Shown: in pieces, positions 26,489-36,225 of the stretch
How the letters are laid out: the number at the start of each line of letters is the position of its first letter
How positions within the stretch are numbered: the stretch's first letter is position 1
From: Terriglobia bacterium
GTDB lineage: Bacteria > Acidobacteriota > Terriglobia > Terriglobales > Acidobacteriaceae
NCBI GenBank assembly: GCA_963797035.1
Contig: CAWCOC010000018.1
Location: forward strand, 65,589 to 129,588
Direction of reading: 5' to 3'
DNA length: 64,000 nucleotides
Notes under the pieces: model-generated
Seen by the model: only the letters and a program-made list of their open reading frames with translations
Database searches by the model: none
Told to the model about the DNA's origin: nothing
Position numbers and translations under genes: made by a program

Positions 26489-28138
26489 ATGCGAATTGTA
26501 GCGTGCTATCAGGGGAAGGAGAAGGAGTGGGAGACGCAGGAGACGCAGGTTGTCTTCGGGCGGTCCGACGAAAGATCCGCGGCCGTGCTCGACCTGGCGC
26601 CCGACCAGAAGGTGTCGCGGGCGCACGGCCGAATCTGGCAAGAAGGCGGCAGCTACTGGATCGAAGACCTCAAGAGCAAGTGGGGGACTCGCCTCAACGG
26701 CCGGGAAATCAAAGGCCGCGGAAAGCAGCAACTCCGCATCGGCGACCAGGTTGATGTGGGCAGTACCACGCTGCGGATCGAACCAGCCGGAGAGCGGGAA
26801 TCGTCGAAGCAAACCAAGTACCTGGAACAAGGCACGGTTCTCCTTCCTGACACCAAGGAAACCAAGGCGCCGGTGGCGATCGCTCAAGACGTACATGCGA
26901 CCCTGCAGCATGCCGTACCTGCGGAAGTGATTGGAGAGCAGGCGGCGCGTCGCCTGCGCATGGTTTGCGATCTTCCCTTGCAATTAGCAAGCAACATGAG
27001 CCGGGAAGCTCTCCTGCGGGTGATCGTCGACCGCGTGGCGGAGATGATTCCCCAGGCCAGCAGCGTGGGATTGGTGCTGCAGGACCCGAGCAGCGATGCC
27101 TTGTTGCTGAAGGCCTATCATTCTGCCGGCACTTGTTCGGTGAGTGAGACCTTGGCCCGCCGTGCGCTGGAAAGCCGCAAGGCCTTCATCTGGAAGCGGA
27201 GCGCCACCGAGCACATCAGCGGCACGCTGATGGAAGGGCCGATCGCCGCCGGGATGTATGCCCCGCTGCTCTGGCAGGATAAGGCGTTGGGGGTGATTTG
27301 CGCGGACCGCCAGGACGCGAGCGCGAGGTTTACCGAGGATGACCTGCGCATGATGGTGATGGTGGCGCAGTATGCCGCCATGACGGTGGCGAACCATGAC
27401 CTGCAGGAGGCGCTGCGCCGCGAATCGGGCGTCAAGGCCAACCTGTTGCGCCAGTTCTCACCGCCGGTTGCCGACCGGCTGCTGGCGCATCGCGGAAAAT
27501 TACAGCTTGGCGGCGAGCGCCGCGAAGTCACCCTGCTGTGCTCCGACATTCGCGGCTTCACCATCATGTCGATGGAGATGCAGCCGGACGAAATTCTGGC
27601 GATCTTGAATGAATACTTCGGCTACCTGGTGCCGGTGATTTTTGCCAACCACGGGATGATCGACAAGTACATCGGAGACGCCATCCTGGCCGTGTTTGGC
27701 AGCCCGGAGCCTGATCCGGCGCATCATGAGCACGCCGTAAGGGCGGCTCTAGAGATGCAGACGGTGGTGGCATGGCGAAATGCCACCCGCCGCGCTCGAC
27801 GCGAACGCATGTGCGAAGTTGGCATTGGTGTTCACTGCGGGGAGGTGGTGCAGGGGTTCCTGGGCACATCGGAGCGGATGGAGTTCACCGTGATTGGCGA
27901 CGCGGTGAACCGGACTTCCCGCTACACGGCGGCGGCCAAGGGCGACCAAATCCTGATCAGTCCGGAGGTCCATGAGCGCGTCTGGAAATTGGTGGAGGCG
28001 GAAGCGACCACCATCCAGGCAAAACACGAAGGCGAAATGCCGGCCTATAGCGTACTGAGTCTGAAGCCGGGGCGACAAAGTGGTGGGGCGCCCAAGGCTG
28101 CACGCCCAAGCGACACTTCCAGAACCAACCGCGCCTGA
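26489..28138 (+). CDS. FHA - GAF - class III adenylate/guanylate cyclase
   Basis: FHA: VVFGRS...VSRAHGRIWQEGGSYWIEDLKSKWGTRLNG. GAF: central segment of about 150 aa. Cyclase: VTLLCSDIRGFT, KYIGDAILAVFG, VGIGVHCGEVVQG and TVIGDAVNRTSR. Confidence 0.9.
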   Translation: MRIVACYQGKEKEWETQETQVVFGRSDERSAAVLDLAPDQKVSRAHGRIWQEGGSYWIEDLKSKWGTRLNGREIKGRGKQQLRIGDQVDVGSTTLRIEPAGERESSKQTKYLEQGTVLLPDTKETKAPVAIAQDVHATLQHAVPAEVIGEQAARRLRMVCDLPLQLASNMSREALLRVIVDRVAEMIPQASSVGLVLQDPSSDALLLKAYHSAGTCSVSETLARRALESRKAFIWKRSATEHISGTLMEGPIAAGMYAPLLWQDKALGVICADRQDASARFTEDDLRMMVMVAQYAAMTVANHDLQEALRRESGVKANLLRQFSPPVADRLLAHRGKLQLGGERREVTLLCSDIRGFTIMSMEMQPDEILAILNEYFGYLVPVIFANHGMIDKYIGDAILAVFGSPEPDPAHHEHAVRAALEMQTVVAWRNATRRARRERMCEVGIGVHCGEVVQGFLGTSERMEFTVIGDAVNRTSRYTAAAKGDQILISPEVHERVWKLVEAEATTIQAKHEGEMPAYSVLSLKPGRQSGGAPKAARPSDTSRTNRA

Positions 28139-28301
28139 TCGCGAACCGGAATTGTACCGGTAAGAAACGGCAAGGGGCCTGCCGGTGCAGACCCCGCGTG
28201 CCCACTAAGGAGGAAATCCCCAGAAACCATGAGCTCCCGGAAATCTCATGCTGTAAATATCAAGAAGCGACCGGGCCGACAACTTACCAAGGTAACGGCA
28301 G

Positions 28302-29360
28302 CTATTTAGAGCCCGTTTTCAGGGTCCAGGAGGCTCCGCCGTCGGGCGTCATCCAGATCTGGCCATCGCGTGTAACTACCCAGCCATGTTGAAGATCGGT
28401 GAAGGCGATCCGCACAATATCGGTGTGGAGCGTCTGCCCGTTCCAGGTTGGGGAGACCGCTGTCCAGCTCTGCCCGGCATTGGCGGAGTGGTATAAACCG
28501 CCCGCATCGCCGCCGGTCCAGATGCTGTCGCCATAGACCGCCACCACCCGAAGCTGCGTCCGGGCTGGGACCGGCACGGCTGCCCATTGCTTGCCGCCAT
28601 CGATGGAGTGCTGCAGTGTGCCGGCACCCGTGACGGACCAGATGGGCCCAAAGGTCGCCGCCGGCACAGCGGCTTCGCTCGCGTTGGTTGCGGCTGTGGC
28701 ATTGGGCTGTGCAGCCGGGAGCGAGCTCGGCAAGGCGTTGGAAACGACTGAGGTCTGGAATGCGCTCTGCCCAAGGGCGCCCGGAACAGCGGGACGGCTC
28801 TGTGCGGCGATGGCCGGATCAAATTGAGCTCCGCCTGAAGGAATTGCCGCCGGGGCTGCCTTGGCCACTTCGGGCGCGGCCGGTCGCGACGGTGAGCGAC
28901 GTGGCGCAGTGGGTTGAACCAAGATTGCCGGCGGCGGAGTAACTTGCGCAGTGTTGGTCGCCGACGTCGCCGGCTGAACCATGGCCGCGGAAGCAGCCGG
29001 ACGGGGAGTGGTCTGATTGATGCGCCCGATCCAAACCGCGCTCAACGCCATGGCGGCGACGACCGCCACACCTGCCCAGCGCAGAGAAGCCCAGGCAAAC
29101 CAGCCGCGATGCGCGGCCACCGGTTGCACAGCGGGGCCGAGTTCCAGCTCAGGCGCAATCATGGCGACCACGCGGTTGCATTCGGCACAGCCGGCCAGGT
29201 GATTGAACAATTGCTGGCGATGACTCTTTACGAGCGTGCCCTCGACAAATGCGGTCAGAACGCCGGAGTCAGGATGGTCTCCAGCAGTCGCGATGCGGCC
29301 CAGGCGCCGCCGAGCGACCTCGGGGAACTCGCCCATATTCTTGCCTTCATCAGCGGTCAT
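28302..29360 (-). CDS. anti-sigma factor (zf-HC2) with one TM and an extracytoplasmic BNR/Ycf48-like domain
   Basis: NHLAGCAEC is an HxxxCxxC motif, and the TM helix is WAGVAVVAAMALSAVWIG. An Ala/Pro-rich linker and three Asp-box-like motifs follow (SIDGGKQW, SANAGQSW, TPDGGASW). ATG 29360 overlaps the sigma-factor stop by 11 nt. Confidence 0.8.
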   Translation of the reverse strand: MTADEGKNMGEFPEVARRRLGRIATAGDHPDSGVLTAFVEGTLVKSHRQQLFNHLAGCAECNRVVAMIAPELELGPAVQPVAAHRGWFAWASLRWAGVAVVAAMALSAVWIGRINQTTPRPAASAAMVQPATSATNTAQVTPPPAILVQPTAPRRSPSRPAAPEVAKAAPAAIPSGGAQFDPAIAAQSRPAVPGALGQSAFQTSVVSNALPSSLPAAQPNATAATNASEAAVPAATFGPIWSVTGAGTLQHSIDGGKQWAAVPVPARTQLRVVAVYGDSIWTGGDAGGLYHSANAGQSWTAVSPTWNGQTLHTDIVRIAFTDLQHGWVVTRDGQIWMTPDGGASWTLKTGSK

Positions 29361-30321
29361 GTTCGCCCTTTTCCTTATCGTTCTGCCTAGAAGACGGGAA
29401 AGTGGGGGAATCTTGCAAATTTTCTTGCAGGCGGGCCCGCACATTGGTTTGCAGGTCGCGCACATCGGTCTCGAAGGCTTCGTCGGCCTGGCGGCGGCTC
29501 ATCCCCCGGCGCATCAGGCCGCGAAGTATTTGTTTTCTTATATTTACGGTTATTTTCTGGATCCGGCGGCTGACCGTGGATTCGTGCAACTGCAGCACCC
29601 GCGCCAGCTCCGCCAAAGTGCGGTCATGAAGAAAGAAAGAGGCAAGGATGAACCGCTCCTCGGCATCCAAGGCGCTCAAGGCTTCATCGGTCGCCTGTTC
29701 CAGCCGCGGATCGACCACCGGGGCAGCTGCCGGCGGCGGGGCTTCGAGCTGCATGCCCAGCTCCGATTCCTCCTCCAGACTGACCAGGCGACGCTGGCTG
29801 CGATAGCGGTCGATGAACGAGCGGGCCATGATGGTGCGCAGCCACCCCTCGAGCGAGCCGTATCCCATGTAGGAGTTCAGAGGGGAAATAGCATGGCTGC
29901 CGGCGCCACACAGCTCCGCATAGAGGGAATCCGCCAATTCACGCCCCAGCGCGTCATCCTTGGCAATGGCAATTCCCCCGTCATAGAGCGGCTCGCGATA
30001 GCGTCCCATGAAAACTTCCCACGCCAACTCGTTTCCGGCGGCGCAAGCCCGGGCCAATACCAGTTCCTGGACATGTACCGAAACGAGAAACTCTCGGATT
30101 CGGGAATTTTCTTCACCCGGTTGCAGGTACTTTTGCAGCGTTTCCGCGAGCATGGCGGAAAATGTCTGCATGGTAAAGCCGAAGCGCGCGGCATCGGCGG
30201 CGGTAAACAGCTCGAGAAGGAGCTGGTCGAAGCCGGCCAGGCGACTGAGAAAAGGAGTCGTGCCGGCTGCCGCAGCCCGGTCGAGTTCGTTCTCGGAGGT
30301 GGGTTTGGGGGTCCCGGTCAT
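29350..30321 (-). CDS. sigma-70 family (ECF-like) RNA polymerase sigma factor, unusually long (323 aa)
   Basis: Region 2-like: SLEGWLRTIMARSFIDRYRSQRR. Region 4 HTH: RTLAELARVLQLHESTVSRRIQKI. ATG 30321 (MTGTPKPTSE) is chosen; the 120 upstream codons of ORF 29350..30681 are Arg/Pro-rich. Confidence 0.85.
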   Translation of the reverse strand: MTGTPKPTSENELDRAAAAGTTPFLSRLAGFDQLLLELFTAADAARFGFTMQTFSAMLAETLQKYLQPGEENSRIREFLVSVHVQELVLARACAAGNELAWEVFMGRYREPLYDGGIAIAKDDALGRELADSLYAELCGAGSHAISPLNSYMGYGSLEGWLRTIMARSFIDRYRSQRRLVSLEEESELGMQLEAPPPAAAPVVDPRLEQATDEALSALDAEERFILASFFLHDRTLAELARVLQLHESTVSRRIQKITVNIRKQILRGLMRRGMSRRQADEAFETDVRDLQTNVRARLQENLQDSPTFPSSRQNDKEKGEHDR

Positions 30322-30615
30322 GCCCAGTCCCGATGGTATCAATATTTTTTGCAAAATTGATGATCTCCGTCGTCTCCTGTACAGCAGGCGTGGATAAGAC
30401 CTATGGCGAAACGAAGGATGTGCGAAGATAGGCTGGGAACGACGAGCGCGGCCAAAGTTCGGTTGGTTGGATGGGGATCCTCCTTGCTGGACGAAGCCGG
30501 CTCGTCGCCCCTGTCGTTGCGTGATAACGCCCTGCACACCTGGGAAACCACTCCCATAAAGCCGGCCAGCCATGGCCGCAACGAGGGCGGGCTGTACCCC
30601 GGCATCGCACAGGTG

Positions 30616-30903
30616 ATGGCCTGCAATAACCGGCGGCACCAGCCGCGGCTGTCGCAGGCGGCGGAAATCCGCATCCGGCAATTTTCATGCGAAGTGGGCG
30701 GAACCACCTGGGGTGAGATTAAGAACCTGAGTCGCGGCGGCCTGTGCGTTGCCAGCCGGGTGCCGCTGTGTCGCTCCTCGGTGGTGCAGTGCGAAATCGG
30801 CGTGCCCAGCATGATGTATGCGATTCCCGCGCTGATGCAGGTTGTGTGGGTGGAGGAGATCGGGCCGTCGGAGTACGAAGTGGGGCTGCGTTACTTGTTT
30901 TAG
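30616..30903 (+). CDS. PilZ domain protein
   Basis: NNRRHQPRL (RxxxR) and then IKNLSRGGLCV (D/NxSxxG) match the c-di-GMP-binding PilZ signature. ATG 30616 is chosen over track start 30403. Confidence 0.7.
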   Translation: MACNNRRHQPRLSQAAEIRIRQFSCEVGGTTWGEIKNLSRGGLCVASRVPLCRSSVVQCEIGVPSMMYAIPALMQVVWVEEIGPSEYEVGLRYLF

Positions 30904-31088
30904 GAAAATCGCGGGCGCTCTCGCGAAAAGTGCCGAGGGGCGCAAGGGGAGGAGGGAGGGCCTACCGGATCGATCGATTGTCCCCATGCGCTGCCGGCAT
31001 GGGAAGCATCTCGCAAATGGGGCAGCCGCGCAATTCCCTAACTCATCTAGTCCGGCGAGTTAATTCGTTTCTGCCGGCGGAGGTGCGG

Positions 31089-31400
31089 TCAAAGGATATA
31101 TACCAAACCGTTGCGATACTCGGCGCCGTGACGCCGCTCGACCCAGCGGACTTGGGCCATGGTGGGGATCTTGACCGGGGCGTCGGAGACAGTAACGTCG
31201 CAGCGGACGACAGAGGAATAGGTAAGCGGCTTGGCCGTGGACAGGCAAATCCCGGTGTCGCTCACGTTGCGGCTGACGCCGCCGATGAGCTCGGGGTTCG
31301 TCGCTTCCTGCTGCGACGACATTTCCTGAACCATGACAGTGACGTTGAATGGATACCGGGTGGCGACGCGCCTCTCATCAGAATCGCGCTTAGGTTTCAT
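31089..31400 (-). CDS. PilZ domain protein
   Basis: DERRVATRYPF (RxxxR) and SRNVSDTGICL (DxSxxG). ATG 31400 gives MKPKRDSDERR.... Confidence 0.75.
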   Translation of the reverse strand: MKPKRDSDERRVATRYPFNVTVMVQEMSSQQEATNPELIGGVSRNVSDTGICLSTAKPLTYSSVVRCDVTVSDAPVKIPTMAQVRWVERRHGAEYRNGLVYIL

Positions 31401-31685
31401 TTTGAGCTCACCGCGACGCAACGACATCAGATTGTGGTTGTCTTACCTGCGATAGCAAAGCCGCACCCAGTCCCGCGCAAGATCGTTCCCAACATTACAG
31501 ACGCTGATCCGATCCCGTCAATACGCTGAATGAACTAGTCAGCTCGGCTAATTACGTCCCTTCAAAAAAGCGGAACCTGCAGACGGGCCAGCGGTTAATC
31601 ACATCGGCGCCGGGATGGCGCCCCGGTGGGGGGCGCAGCGGCAGGCGCAGACTGCTGTGGAAAACAGGCGGGAAACAGGCGCAGA

Positions 31686-33350
<1,665 letters not shown>

Positions 33351-33443
33351 GCGTTCGTCACCCAAATGCGATTCGAAGTCTGATCGTGCGTGTCGCTTGA
33401 TCCGTCGCGCCTGCGGCGCAAGGAGCGGTCAGCAGCGAAAGCT

Positions 33444-34037
33444 CTAGGTACCTCGAACCCCTTCCAGATCGCGATAACGGTACGATTCAACGGGCGTGGT
33501 CCCGGCGACGCGTCCAATCAGGCCGGCGCGCGTGCTGACGCCCATCTTGGTCATGACCGAGTGCAGGAAGGCCTTCACGGTGTTGGGGCTGATGCTCATC
33601 TCGGTTGCGATCTCCTTGCTGGTCAGACCGCGCAAAAGATGTCCCATGGCTTCGCGCTCGCGGGTGGTCAGGTTGTATTTCTTGGAGATGCCGTAGAGGG
33701 TGACTTCGGGCGAGGAAGCCCGCTCCAGGAGAATGGCGGTGGTGCCCTTGCTCATGCCGGTCATGTCGAGGCAATGGCTGGTGCAGACATAGCGCCGACG
33801 ACCAGAGATGAACTCCGCAACTGTCCTGGCCTGGGGCACGCCACGCAGCAGATGCATGGGGACCTTGCCGTTGACCAATTCGTTGAGTTGCCGACCTTTT
33901 CCCGGCTTGCCTGGATAAGCCAGGATTCGCATGGCCTCGATATTGGAGGCAATCAGATCTTTTTGGGGACCGAGAAGCAGCAGCCCAGGCATCGACATTG
34001 CTGGAGCTCGGCCATCGGAATAACGCTGCGGTGCCAT
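33444..34037 (-). CDS. LuxR/GerE-family transcriptional regulator with an uncharacterised N-terminal domain of about 130 aa
   Basis: The C-terminal HTH is LTTREREAMGHLLRGLTSKEIATEMSISPNTVKAFLHSVMTKMGV. ATG 34037 follows GGAAGGA. Confidence 0.85.
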   Translation of the reverse strand: MAPQRYSDGRAPAMSMPGLLLLGPQKDLIASNIEAMRILAYPGKPGKGRQLNELVNGKVPMHLLRGVPQARTVAEFISGRRRYVCTSHCLDMTGMSKGTTAILLERASSPEVTLYGISKKYNLTTREREAMGHLLRGLTSKEIATEMSISPNTVKAFLHSVMTKMGVSTRAGLIGRVAGTTPVESYRYRDLEGVRGT

Positions 34038-34192
34038 AGTTTTATCCTTCCCGTGTTCGGAATCGTGCCTCAGGAGCCCTGACCGATTACGAGGGCCGGA
34101 GCACCGCTCAGCGCCACCCCGTTTGCAACCGAGCGCCTGGTCAGCGCGCTCTCCCTCTACTGCGTTACCTGGCCCGTACTGCAGGTCCGAGA

Positions 34193-36225
34193 TCACTGGA
34201 CCGTCAATTGGATCGTGCCGCCGAAGGAGGGCGTGGTGAAGCCCACGGGCTGCGCGACGGAAATGTTGGCGACGCCAAGCGACTGGAGTTGCAAGGTGAA
34301 GGCCGTAGTGCTGCCGCCGCCCGCAATGTTGAAGGGGCTGCCCAGCACCGCCGCCGCAGGACTATCGCTGCCCACGGGGATTGACGGCGATAGGCCGCCG
34401 CGCACTTGCTGCACCAGGCTGGGGACACCACTGGAATTCAGCACCATGGCGTACATGGTCAATCCTTGAGTGCCCTGGGCCAGCGGCACGCTGAACGGGT
34501 TGCCCACGTTGTTGTTGCCGGCGAGCACGAAGGCGGATGGCGCCAGCGTTACCGTGGTCAGCGTGGAGGAATACCCGGCCGCGGAGGCCTGCAACTGCAC
34601 CGTGCCCGCCCCGCCCAGTGCCTGAACGTAGTACTGCGGGAAGCCGCTGCCGTTCAGGCCATTGCCCGGCAGGATGAGCAGTTGAATGCTCGCCGAACCC
34701 ACTGCCGTGGGCGAGGTTGACAGCAACACGTTGTTCGGATCGAGGCTGGTGACGGTGACCATGACGCCATTCTGCGTCGCGGCCTCCAGGGAACCGGTCG
34801 CTTGCACCTCAAGGTTCTGGCCAATGGTGGAGATCGGCATACGCAGGGTCACTGCCGGCTGATGGACAGTGACATTGATCTGACCGCCGACCGCCGGGGT
34901 AGCGTATCCGGCCGGCTCAACCACGCTGAGCACCGTGCTGCATGGCGCGTTACTGCAGGCCGGCAGGAAGTACATCTCGGTGTTGACGGTGTCGCCGCCG
35001 TGGAAGGTAATCGGGCTGTTGAGGATGGTCCCCGAACTCGGCGTACCGCTGGTGACGCCGACCGATTCGTTGCGTCCCGGGCGCAACTGTCCGCCGTTGG
35101 ATACCGGCCGCCCACCGGAATCGAGCTGATAGAGCGCGATCGCCAGGTTGGTGGCGTCGGAGGTGGTCGAGGTGGAGAAGTCGCCAGTGCCGTTCGGACC
35201 GTTCAGAATAAACGCGGACGGGCTGAGTGCCACATTGGCGGTACCGTTGGAATAGCCGGAAGCGGTGGCCGTGAGAGTGACGACGCCGCTATTGGCCAGG
35301 GCCTGGACATAGAACGCAGGCAGAGTGGTGGAGCCGGCGGGGACCTGCAGGTTGATGGTGGAGGCGCCCACCACCGCCGGATCGGTGGTCAGCAGCACCT
35401 TACTCGCATCGCCGCTGGTGAGGTTGACCGTCAGCGCGCTGGAAGACGAGCGGTTCAGTTGTCCAGCACCCACAATCTGCTGGTTGAAGCCGACCGTAAT
35501 CGGGCTGAGGCTGATGGCCGGCGTGATGACAGTCGCGGTGAGTTGCGTACCGGCTGCCGGGGTGTTGTAACCAGATGGCTGCGTAACGTGGAGCAACGTG
35601 GCGCCGGAAGCCACCGGAGTAAAGGTAACGGCGGCGCTGCTGCTCGCTCCGGCGGACACAACCGCGGGGCTGGTAACCGTGCCAACCGAGGTGGTGCCGG
35701 AGATGACCGGAACGCTGGCCGAAATGCCTCCGCGCAGTACCGCGCTGGTGGACAAAACGTTACCCGCCGCATCCAACTGCACCATATTGGCGGTCAGAGG
35801 CGTGGTGGTGCCAAGCGTTGAAGTGAAATTCACGCCGGCGCCGCCGGGACCGTTGAGCTGGAAGCCGGATGGCGTCATGGTGATGACACCGGTCCCGGTC
35901 TGGTAGCCGATGGCGCTGACGGTGATGTTCGCCGTACCCGAAGAGCCCAACACCTGCACCCAGAAGCCGGGGAAGCCGAAGTCACCGACTCTGCCCTTTC
36001 CAGGCGCGATGGTGGCGGTGAAGCTGGCCGTACCCACCGTAGTTCCGGCGGGATCGATAGCCGTCGGCACCAGCAGGACTTTGCTGGGATCGCTGCTCGC
36101 GATGGTGACGGTCAACGGAGTCGGGGACGTGATGTCGAGCGATCCGATGGCGGTCGCTTCCTGGTCCTTGCCCAAGCTCAGCGAATTCAGGCTGAAGTGA
36201 CCGCGATAGAAACCAGTGCCGCTGA
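34193..36225 (-). repeat. 3 tandem C-terminal modules of about 225 aa in giant gene 1 (shared with giant gene 2)
   Basis: Each unit shows ...LTVT..SSDPSKVLL..., F(Y/W)VQ.L..SG......SA.GY......V.L.PS.F.L.GP.G, then LD..G......LR.G. The same order and motifs occur at 55213-57239 in the paralogue. Confidence 0.75.
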
